Assembly (NCBI GenBank): GCA_012295275.1
Contig: CM022675.1
Span: 9,548,001 to 9,612,000 of the forward strand
Direction: 5' to 3'
Length of the DNA stretch: 64,000 nucleotides
Origin: Chrysomallon squamiferum
Taxonomy: Eukaryota > Animalia > Mollusca
Shown here: positions 1 to 11,800 of the stretch, one piece after another
How the letters are laid out: the number at the start of each line of letters is the position of its first letter
How positions within the stretch are numbered: the first letter of the stretch is position 1
Notes under the pieces: generated by a model
Databases searched by the model: none
Seen by the model: only the letters and a program-made list of their open reading frames with translations
What the model was told of the DNA's origin: nothing
Program-made: the position numbers and the translations under genes

Positions 1-1390
1 TAGTAGTATTGATATCAATAATAAAAGACTTTATATTAAATTCAAATTATTCCATTGTAACAAAGCAAAAATTGTAGAAGCCAGAATATTTACCATATAA
101 AATACACTATACAATGTATCTTTCTAAGTTTTGTATCATCAGCTAATATAACCACTGCTTACAAATGTTAAGTAATTTTCGAGCAGAACACAGCAGTGAG
201 GACATGCGTCCAGCAATTAGTTTGATTCTAAACCAAATTAACAAAACTAAAATTGATACAATCCTGTCAGTTTAATATCTGTTCTGCACTTCAATGAAAT
301 TAATATTTTTTTTTTATTTTTACTTTCTCAACTTAGCTTCCATACTTTAATGTTTTTATTGAAAAAATACATTTAACCTCCCTATTTTGGAGTTGACGAA
401 TGTTGACATATTTTTAAGTAAATACATTTCTTGCTTTTTTGATAAAAACTCAACATACACAATTTTACTAATATACGACGACTTATGAAATGATGGGCGT
501 GAGTCAGTTAATTGCTTTTGGTTTATCATTTATTACTTTTGAAAAAATTCTAATCATTAAAATAAATTATCAACCCCACTGCTTTCTTTCAATAATAATC
601 AAGATTATTTTAAAAAATATATACATTTACAACATTCCATTCACCTTCTACAATATTAAATCTGAATTTGTTCAGTTACATATACTTATTACCAAAAACA
701 AAACCTATAGCACTATTGTTTAAATTTTATAATAAAATATTCACAGCTTTAAATAAAGCATCCAGTGATATACACACACATATATATATATTTATATAAA
801 TGTTTCTGTGAATCTATTTAAGAATGCATCTTATGTGACAACAAAAATACTGTGAACCAGTTTAATGTAACCAGTATTATCGAATCTACAACTTGCATGA
901 TTCATGGCAAGTGTCTAGTCCAGGAGAGAAAAATCAGTGATGATTTAGTTTTTAATGTGAAAAATCCCCAGCAGTAAATTTAAAGAAAAAAAAAGAAATA
1001 AAAGAAGCAATTTCCATCAGTCATTATTAAAGGAAAAAAGCAGTTTTTTTAGTATGTACACCATTCTTGAAATCCAACAGAATTCCCATTTCTGAGCTTG
1101 GAGTGTGAATAATTATTTTCTTGAAATTATAAAAAAAAAAAAAAAAAAAAAAGAAAAATAAATATGCATTATATTACAAGCAACTCTGTATTTTTAGAAT
1201 AAGCACTCCACTTTTTAGATAATCTTGCATAATATTATCAATATAAAAATGTGTAAATTAATTTTATTTAAAATTATAATAGAACTGAACATGGGATCAC
1301 AGGTAGCATTGTTTTCTTATGAAATAACAAACATAAATGAATAAAATAAACGTACATGTATTAACATACTCTCCTGGACAAAGCACTGAC

Positions 1391-1574
1391 CTTAACCAGG
1401 GCTGGACTAACCCAGTAACAACCAGTTTATTTTGTTATTTCTTATTTTAGCAATTTCTCCTTCTGTGAATTTTGCTACACATGTTTAAACATTCATTAAA
1501 AACAAATTCTGATTCCATCAGAAATTTATGTCTCTGGGGCTCGTTAAATAATTCTGGTAATGATTGGTCCAGCC
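1391..1574 (-). other. Candidate poison (PTC-containing) cassette exon in cyclin T intron 6
   Basis: Acceptor TTGTTTTCAG|G at 1575/1574 and donor AAG|GTCAGT at 1391/1390. In the exon-6 phase it reads RAGPIITRII-stop (TAA 1546-1544). Flanked by 11-bp inverted repeats. Confidence 0.45.
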
Positions 1575-1660
1575 CTGAAAACAAAATGGTCATAGTAATA
1601 GCAATGTTATCTGCATTTGTTAGGGTCTTAATAGGGAAGTGTAATGAAACGGGTGAGCAC

Positions 1661-4600
1661 CTGTTCGTTGCGAGAAAGTACGATGTCTGTGCGAGATCTT
1701 TGTGAGCTGCAGACCAGGTGCCAAAGACGTCAATGAAAACCAGCAACACCCGACATCAGCACAAGGTCAAGGTCACAGCGCATATTGGAAAGAAGACACT
1801 AGCATTAGCTCACAGTCAAATCAATAATAATTGTTTATCTAATGACTCACTTTGCAAGAGCTACATTACCTATTCATTAAACACTGTTCAGTTACTTTTT
1901 TTTTTCTCACAGAAACAAATGAAATTACAAATACTGTGATCCCACTTGAACAAGTAATTTTAAACATGACAAAGTTGCAAGGTTGTGTACACTGGTTATA
2001 CTGGAATACTGGTTTGTTTTAAACAGCTCTTTTGCTTTAAAAAACCAACTTAGAGAACAAGAATTAAGGAACTCTTTTTATACTTATTTTGTGTACTGTT
2101 TTCACAAAACTTTCTAAGAGACCAAACAGCCTTGCAATTTTATCACAACAAATTTCATAAGCATAAGAATCTCAAAAACATAATATTTATGCAAGAAAAC
2201 AGCGACAACACAAATTTTATCTTTAGTTGATTCAACCATTATCAGACTGTAGCTGTTGTTTTATGTCTGAAATGAAAAACAAATGATCAGACTTCTCAGT
2301 ATTTCTTCAAAAAAATAATAAAAAATACAAAACAAAGAAAATTTACTAAAAAGTGTCTGTTGAAATTCATTTCACTTAACTTTACCAGATGATGAATTTT
2401 CGTCAACTTATTACAGAAGTTCACATTTACCATTACAAAATCATGTCGACTGTTTCAAAGATGTACAGAAACAATTCCACATAAAACCACCACACCTACT
2501 TGAAGCGGGAATAATGTGTTTGCATTTGGGGAATTTGTGTTTTATTTTTAAATTTATTTTCCAAAAGATTAAAAATTGTTAGCTTAAGGTTCTAAAAGAT
2601 GAGAGCACCAGCAATTACAGTAAAATTAATGAACGTAACAGCAGTCAGTTACCAATCACAGTAAGTTCAAGAAGATTACTGATCAATAAGATAATCTCTA
2701 AAATACAGTGAAATAGAATACATTAAACACACTTTTAATTTTAAATGTCAGAATAATTTCAGAATATTTTTTTTTTTATTTTTATTTATTTTTAACTTTT
2801 TTCTTCTTTTTTAAATAAAATTAATATTAAAAAAATAAAATAAAAAAGGTTTACAAAATGGTATCACCAGTTACAAATATGATTAAGTCAGTATCTCAAT
2901 TTCATTTTAAGTTTATTCTCAAGTACAGTACCATCTGTTGTTATTATTAATGATAATTATGAAATATTGGCTGTGTTTGGGAATTCAACCTCTTAATGTT
3001 ACAAAGTATCAGATGTGTGTGACATTTTCTAACAATAATTCATCCGTAGAATGTAAAATGCAAGCTTTTAAATAGCAACAAAGTGTCACTGTTACACTAT
3101 AAAAAACCTATTTCATTTTAAAAGTGACAAATGGAAAACGTAATTGTTAACATCTGGGATTTAATCATGGTTATTATACAAGTAGTCTTACATTAAAATT
3201 TACATTTAGAAACATTACAGCTTGAATTCCTATTTATCAAGTTCAAAAAAGTTTTTTTTTTTTTTTTTTTAATAGTTCAAACACTTTTCTTGATGCATGG
3301 TTCATAATCTAATTAAACAAAACTAATAAAATTTTATTCAGTTTTTATTTAAACCAATAGAAAAATTATTTAATTTGGAGATATTTTAAAATAAAATTAA
3401 ATTCAGACAATACAAAAATCAATCAGAACATTATTTACAACTAAGCAAAATGCTGATGCCCTAATCTTTTACCCAACAAAGTTAACATGCAGTATGAACA
3501 TTTCAAAAACAAGGTTTTTTTTCTCATAGATTTTTCATTTCTCTTTTCAAAGCAAAGGGTTGGGAAGGGAAAGTTAACTGCACTTCATGGCGGAGGCTAA
3601 ACTGAATTAGACTTACCATGTACAGGGAGACAACCTACCTTTGACAAGCTGACTTGTTCTTACCACAGTAGAATGTGGATGGTCTACTTGCATGTCGAAA
3701 CCTGAAACAGTAAAGAAGAGTTTTTTAGGAGATGTTGAGCAATAATACGTTAAAAAACAGCTTTGTTTTTTCATGAACTAGACATAAGTTAAGAAATGCC
3801 CTAGCTCTATTTGTCATAAACAAAATAGTAAAATTTAGGAAATGCCAAGTTTTATTCTTAACAATATTTTAAATTTAAGAAATGCCCCATCTATGACTGT
3901 TATGAACAAGATCTCAATATTTAAGAAATGCCCTAGCTCGTTAACATCTCATAACTAAGGAATATCCCATCTCTTAATGTTATTAAAACAATCTCCATAT
4001 TATGAAATACACACCTTTGTTTGTTACAATAATTATAGTAGCAGTTATACTTTTAAGAATAGTGTATTTAAAAGTGGTATATCTTTATAAAAAAAGGGTG
4101 AAATATCTCCAAGACACGCTTGACAAGAATTGAAAAAAAAAAAAAAAAAAAAAACATGTGATTAACAGATGTCATTAATTTCACAAATATCACTTTAAAA
4201 CAAATGACAATATTTGTAAAATATCAGGTACTATATAGGATTTTCTCAAGTTCTTTTCTTTTCATTTTCTTACTAAGTAATGAAATTTTTATATTTTCAA
4301 AAACAGCTTAGTTTTAGCTATTATGTTTTTTGCAAGTTATTATCAAAATATCTTTCTGCTGAAAAAATAAAATAATAAAAACTAAAAAAATTAAATATTC
4401 TGCATGTTAAAGCTTCTGCAAAACCTATTTATATAAATAATTTATCTTGACATTACTAACCTAATGTCTGCAGTAATATATTCTCATTGATGACAAGTTC
4501 CTGAGCTTGTTCAAGATAAGCCTGCATAAGGAAAACACCAAACATAAAATTACTCACAAATGTACATTAAAATAAAAATTGTGAGGAATTTGAGAATGTT

Positions 4601-7425
4601 CTACATACATAAAGGAACATATGAAACAAATCTTGAAGCTGTTTATCATTAACATAAAAAGTTTGTTAGGATACATTACTTGTGTGTCAAGCCTTATTTG
4701 AAGTATACATGCTTTGAGATCAAAATTGGAGAAATAAGAAACCAAAATTTTATGTAATTAATGCTGTCAACGTTCATGTATTTAACTCTTAAGGATCCTG
4801 AGGGTGAGATACCAGCAAACACCATGGTGAGCTGTTGTACACACTGTCTTTACATATTCATATTTCACAACAATTTATTTAACTCATTAGCAAGAATTCG
4901 TAAATCAAATATAAATAGTGTACCTTTTGATTTTCCAGAAAACAGCAGAATTTTTATTATAATTATGTGTTTTTCATTTGGGAATTTTTGCTTGAAAATG
5001 GCGAATAAAGATTGTGATCTTTTATATAATTTATATTCAAAAATAATAAAAATAGTGAAGTATTGGAATAAGAAGAAATTATGATCAACATTCACTTTGA
5101 AAAGAAGACCAAATAAAACAAAAAAAACCCTTAAAAATAAGGTGGAATACTGGCAGTAACTTCTTAAATAAATTTTAGATTGTAACAATTTGTTAAAAAA
5201 TTAAAAAATAAATACTTTTTTCAATATGAATAGTCAAAAAGTTATACAAGACTTTTCAGTCAAAACACTTTAATAAATATTCTTAAATTGCAACCCATGC
5301 ATGGAATTCAAACCCCTTTTTAAACTGTGTTCTAGCATGACCAAAAATTTAACAAACGTTATAGCTCTGGGCATAGTGGTTTGGGTTTTTTAAAACTTAA
5401 AAGCTAAAATGAAAAGACAAAGATACTTTCCTATATGAATATATTCAGCCGATAGATGTTAAAATTTACACCAGATGTGTCAACCGTTTTTAAATTGTTT
5501 CCCATAAGATTAAAAAAAAGTGAAGTGTTTTCTTACCTCACTTTTAACATCAAGAGGAGGCCCATCTCTGTGCAGGCATAAATGAGCAACTTTAAGTACA
5601 TGTTCCAACTTTCTCAGTTGTTCCTCAACTTTAGCTGCGAGGAAGAGAGAAGCAGGAGCCATCACCTGATAAAAAAAATAAATAAAAAATGTTTTGGCTT
5701 CAAAAAATAAAAACAAATAATTTTTAGTCATACAACTGACATTCTGTTACAAAATGGTACAATCTGGAAGCTGTAGGCTGGAAAACATTGATTTTATTGT
5801 AAATATTTTGTTCTTATTTAGTTTATCAAACCTGTATGACCTTTGTAGTTCCAGCAAGGCTAAAGAATCAGTGACATAGGAAAAGAAAAAAACCATAAAA
5901 ATCAGTGGTGCGCACATAATACTGTCTTATTAACAAATAAAGCTAAAGCATTGTTGAAATAATTCAATAATTAATTTATCCAAAGGTGAAAAACAAAAAA
6001 GGGTCTCCACGCACCAGAAGTGAGAGAGCTCAACAGATGTGGCTTCACATTAATGCAGAATACTTACATTCCGATGGAACCGTGTGAAGCTCTGGAACAT
6101 ATAAAACCGATGCATGTACACAATTGCTGTATTAATACACAGTTGATTTCTGATCAGGTTAAGGAAATTAATATTATATTCATACATGCATTTAAAAAAT
6201 TCATTACTGAACTATAAAATTTGATGTTAATTCAACATTTCTGTGATTATGAACAGTATCAGCTCTAAAAATAATAGTAATAAAAATATTAACAGTATAG
6301 AAACTATTAAGTGCAAGAGCAAAATCAAACGCAAAAGGACAATGGTGAATATTATTTGTCAATTATTTTAATTGAATACCGCCATGCATTACATTTTGAA
6401 AATGAAACGGACAATTACGTTACTATCAAGAGAGATTTTCATGATTAAATAACTTGAAATCCAGTTCATTTGCCCTATGCCGATAAGTCAGATACTTTAA
6501 AGGTACTAAAACATCTTAATGTCATGAAAGTTTCTGTATTATCACTGGCAAATTTTTTTGTTTTAAGTCAGATATAAAAAAGTTTACAAAAAAAATAATT
6601 TAAAAATACACTCGATACATTCATTTACTGAATTTACACTGACCAAATTCATTTCTAAATGATATAGTGTAATAAAAGAAAAAATGAATTTGAAGTTTTA
6701 CTAGTTTAGGAAATATATAATTTTGATATTAATTCACATTAATTATTTGTTTAATGCTAATGATGAAAATCAATAATTTTTTTTTAAAATAATCCACAGA
6801 AAACTTCATGTAACATTTTTCAGTATATTATTAATAAAAAATAAAAAAATAAATAAAAAATCAGGGTTGCAATTATAAATGATTTTTATTGTATTTATCA
6901 TGTAATATAATAGTGTTTATAATAGTATTTAATAATGTATTAGGCATTGAAGAATGTTGGTTTGTGCTTGTTTAACTGTGTTTATTATTTTAACAATACA
7001 AAATATTAATATAAATCTTTAAAATCTTTGGGGTCACTGGGTACGCGTTTTTATTAATGATAACCAATTACTTATATTTGAAAAAAACACCTTAGAATCC
7101 GCGAATATAGTAACTTATTATGTATAGTCCACATAGAGGTATTTATCAAAATGCTAAAACATGTAATTATTCGAGTGTTTTGGTTTTATCGGTTTCCTAG
7201 AAAATTGCAAATGGCGGTATTCCGCGAACGACACGAGCCATGCATGGTATATCGGTCAATTATTTTTGCCTATTTCGGATACACTTGAAGTCTTTGCCCC
7301 ATGTCTTGTATCAAATTTGCTGCCTGCTGTCTATAATCAAGTTCTTTGTCGGCGTCTATTCCACATTTTCGGCTAGGGGTATTCATAAGTTGCGATTTTG
7401 TGAAGATCCATCTGTCCCCCGCCAT
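1661..7425 (-). CDS. CCNT: Cyclin T (P-TEFb regulatory subunit), 5' part; gene continues beyond the left edge
   Basis: Exons: 7283-7425 ([48 protein letters not shown]), 6068-6149 ([27 protein letters not shown]), 5537-5665 ([31 protein letters not shown]...), 4461-4521 ([21 protein letters not shown]), 3639-3701 ([20 protein letters not shown]), 1661-1706 ([14 protein letters not shown]). All GT-AG with consistent phases. Motifs are the cyclin T cyclin box. Exon 7 (expected LHLTT...) was not found in 1-1660. Confidence 0.96.
3788..3975. repeat. Degenerate minisatellite in cyclin T intron 4
   Basis: About five copies of TTAAGAAATGCCC(T/C)A(G/T)CT-like units. Confidence 0.7.
6150..7282 (-). 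other. U12-type (minor spliceosome) GT-AG intron 1 of cyclin T
   Basis: Donor GTATCCGAAA at 7282. Perfect U12 branch site TTTCCTTAAC 8 nt before the end of the intron (TTTCCTTAACCTGATCAG, AG at 6151-6150). No polypyrimidine tract. Phase 2. Confidence 0.85.
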
Positions 7426-7946
7426 TACCTAGTACCGAGACGAACAGACATCGACGCATGCGTATTGCAAAAAGCAATATCCGCATTTGAAAGCTTCGAG
7501 TAATGTCATTGGTCAAAAATATTAAAACTGTTTACGTACAAAACCTAAACAAAAGTTATATATTTATTTTTTATTTTTTCACATGAAAATATATCCAAAC
7601 TTACCATATAACATAATCTGATGTTTACATATTCGTTGTTAAAAGACAACATATGTTCAGTTCACTTTGTTACGTCACACCAAATCCACCAAAGAGAATC
7701 CATAATGGCCTCAGTGTTGGCATTTTTTTATATTCATTAACAAACTGATCGTCGATATATATCCTAAAAATCATGCTTAAAGCGTTAATTCTAAGCAGAT
7801 AATTACTAAGGTGCGTCTCAGAAACACAAATAAATCCACAAAAAGTGTTGTTATGGTGGGAAATCAGGGATTTTAATGTCCTTTCACCACACAGAATTTC
7901 ACAGCAACTGCATCTGTCGGCCATTCTGGATGCGTCTGTCGACAAC
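7426..7946. promoter_or_regulatory. Bidirectional promoter region cyclin T / KANSL2
   Basis: Divergent starts (7425 minus; 7947 or 8377 plus). Locally CpG-rich. Palindrome ACGCATGCGT (NRF1/ewg-like) at 7454-7463, ATTGG near 7508, TTACGTCA (CRE-like) near 7670. Confidence 0.65.
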
Positions 7947-8376
7947 ATGAAGCAGATTTCCCAGTATTCATTGGGCGACCTACTTGAAGTAAGGCGCCAT
8001 TTTAAGTGAGCTATAGCCTAGGTCAAGCAGAACAGGTCAGCCCAAAAAATATTTTTTCTGATAAAAATATGATTATTTTACCGACGTAAATTACTTATCT
8101 CATTTTTTTTTCTCTCTCTCGGTAAAATTAAAATATGCTTCTGATACAAAAACGAAAATAAAATATATCACCTTTATTAAATTAGTAAATAAAATAATAT
8201 ATAATAATATTATTAACCATTGAATCTGGGCATAGTGTTATTGTTACCTGAACGCTAGTGCCTAGTAGTAATAGTAGTCTCAGTCAAATGTAATTTAAAT
8301 ATTGTTTTTAAAACAGATATTTTATTAGTTTAATTTTAATCATAATAATTACTATTATTTTAATTTTATGTAGAAA

Positions 8377-8837
8377 ATGATGCGGGGAAAGAATAATCTT
8401 ATTAGAGGGACGAAGACTCGCCCACAATCTGAAGGTGGTCTTTGTAGCTATAGTCATCGGACTTGCATGCTTAACCGACTTGAAGGCTTTGACTTTTGTC
8501 TTAAGCATATTTTGGAAGACAAAACTGCACCATACAAGCAGTGCAGTTTCGTTTCCAACAGAAAAGCCAGACGATGCCCCAATGCTGCATCCAAGGTTGA
8601 CAGAAAAGATAGGTAAGGCATTACAAAGTTTAATTTTTATTTCGTTAACTTATATTTATTATTCCAGTGGTATTATCAATATAATCAATGTTAAAGGAAC
8701 ACAATAACAATAAAAAGAATAGTTTAACAATATCAGGTTGTCATCATAATTCTGTAGTTGAGGTATCATGATCATGATGATGCACAGGGTGGACCAAACT
8801 GCTCTGAAGTTTTCTTCAAGTGTTATAGAATACACTG

Positions 8838-8872
<35 letters not shown>

Positions 8873-11800
8873 ACAGAATCACAACTCCAATTAAAATGGC
8901 AGCATTCATATGTTTTGTTGTCAGCATGTTGTTATGATTGTAAGTTGGTTGCGTAATAGTAATGCACTTAATAACTAAAACAAGGAAGTATCAGATTTTG
9001 TATTCTGCCATAAAAACTCAAGAGGACCAGATATATGTGTTTGTGTACAAGATTATAATACAACACGAATGTTTGTACACTTTCATTATTTATAGTTTAA
9101 TGTTGGTGCACATGGAACTTAACTTACACTGTATAAATGAGAGTTGTTATAATTATGTGATGTTATTATATTAACTCGAAGTTAAATTAATCATAATGTT
9201 GATTCGATTTTTAATAACATTTGTTATTTTTGGCTACTGATGTGAAAAAATATATATATATATAAATAATAATAATTAAATAAATAATAGAAAACACAAA
9301 TTTGTGAATGCAAAATGAATGATGTGCAGTTTTGTTGTCTAATAAGACATTCACCAGGTTATCTTGTGTTCACTTTGAAGTTAAAGACTGTTGAGTTGTT
9401 GTAACAAAATGTTATCTTGTAACAGTTTCTGTTTGGAGCATGCTAGAAAAGCATCAATTCTACGCCAGAAGGCAGGTATGAAGAAAAGACCTAAAGAAAC
9501 CTCAGAGAGTTTGCTGGAGGAACTGGCATCATGCAATAACCAATCTGCATCCACCGATACTGCATCTACACTGAAAAGATCAAGGCTTCCTTCTGACAGC
9601 ATCATTAGCAAAGTGTTAGGGTTTGTTGAATTTCAACGAATGTTGTTAAAATGGAATTGATCAGAAAATTTCCAAACTGAACTGATTTTAGACTAAAGGA
9701 CTGCTTTTTATACAGAATATATTGGAAATAATATTTAATGGTTACATCATAATTTTTTTTTTTTTTTAAAATTACCCAAATATTTTTTTACAAAATCGCT
9801 GAAAGATTTTGCCTATAATGGGCCCATTTAGAATTTTTTTTTTTTTAATCTAGGCACATAATAAAGTATATTCAAAAAAAAAATTAATTATATATATCTT
9901 TATTTAGTTAGTACAGTAATACTGTTTGTACAATATACATACTATTTTTATTTTTTATTTTTTAGTTTGAAGTTATGGTGATCTCTAAATGTCCGTGTAC
10001 ATACTTTCATTCAAAAGCTAATATTTACTGTTTTGAACTTGCCGCTTTTAAATTTACAATTCAAAATACTGATTTAGCAGGATAATTTCTTCAGTAATGA
10101 TTACCTTCATCCAAACATTTATAAGCTGCTTCAATAACTGTTAAAATTAAACAAAATAGAAATTTGAATTGAAAAATTTTACATTACAAATTAAAATAAA
10201 CCAGTTAGCATTCAAACTACAATTTCAGATTATGCTAAATCTTCATAAGCTGCTTCAATAACTTTTGAAATTAAATAAAATACAAATTACATTTGAAAAA
10301 ATTAAAAATTATAATTGTAAAAATTTTAAATAATAATTTGAAATAAATCAGTTAAATTGAAAAAATTTAATAAATTTGCTTCAATAAAAATTAAAATACA
10401 AATTATATTTGAAAAAATTAAAAATTATAATTTAAAATTTAAAATAATAAATTGAAATAAACCAGTTAACATTGAAATTACAATTTCAGATTATGCTAAA
10501 CCTTTAAAAGCTGTTTCAATAACTTTTGAAATTAAATAAAATACAAATTATATTTGAAAAAATTAAAAATTATAATTTAAAAATTTAAAATAATAAATTG
10601 AAATAAACCAGTTGACATTCAAATTACAATTTCAGATTATGCTACATCTAGTGATTCCGAAGCTGAGGCACCACAGGTGGATCAGTCGTGGAGAGGCGAT
10701 GGTGACAGTGATGCTGAAAGCATTGACAGCGAGCAAGAGGATGTCCTCAAGTGAGTTTTTATTTATAGTTTCTAAAATTTTATTATATTTTTTGTTTAGT
10801 CTGAAAGATCAGAAAATCGTTCGACTTTCTGTCAACAACAACATCATTTTTTTAAATTCCTGCTTTTTCTTTTGTTGTTGAAATAGAAGAATTAACAGAA
10901 TTTCATTTTGTAGGTTTGCATTAGATTATAAATATTCTACTTTTAATGATTTATTTATTAGCACCTGTAAGAAACTTTTGCAGTAAATTATTTTTATGTC
11001 TGTAATGAATAACAGAATTTTATTTCATAATCCTCCTTGCATTTTCTAAAATTTAATTTTTGCAGATTTTGAAATCATTATAAATAAATCACTGAATTTA
11101 ACTTTTACAGGTTTTTTTGCTGAATGTTTTTTTTTTTTTTTTTTAGTAATACAAGTAAAATAATCTCTCTTAATAATCCTGCTTGTGGATTTTCAAATAT
11201 TTATTTATAAAAGATTTCTAAATTAATATAACAACATTAAATAAGACAATCATCTTTTCACTTTATTTGAAATTTGTTCTGGATCATTAGATTCACCATC
11301 ATACTTCATTACACATTTTTGTTTTATTTATTATTTGTCTAAACAATTATATTTTATTTTCTAGAGTTTTAGACTTAATTATGTAAATAATTTCAGAATG
11401 AACTCTAAAATATTAATTTCACAGTGAAGACATGCTTAAGAAAGAAATAAGAAAATTTCAATTTGTGTTCATACTACAGTATTTTAACGTAAATAACTTG
11501 AATATTAATTTAAAAAAAATATATAATAATAATAATTTTTAAGACATGCTGGAGTTTACACTGCTGAGGAAGTTGCCCTGATTCTCCGAGACAAACTGAT
11601 TCGCCTTCAGTCACTGTACATTGATCAGTTCAAGAGACTCCAGCACATCATGAAAGAGAAGAGAAGAAAATACCTGCACACCTACAAACATGATCGCGAG
11701 ATGTTTGGTAAGTATAACCTTAACATAGATTATAATTTTCTGCCAGTCAATGCTGCCTTAAAACAAAAACAAAAACAAAAATCAAAATCAAAATAATAAT

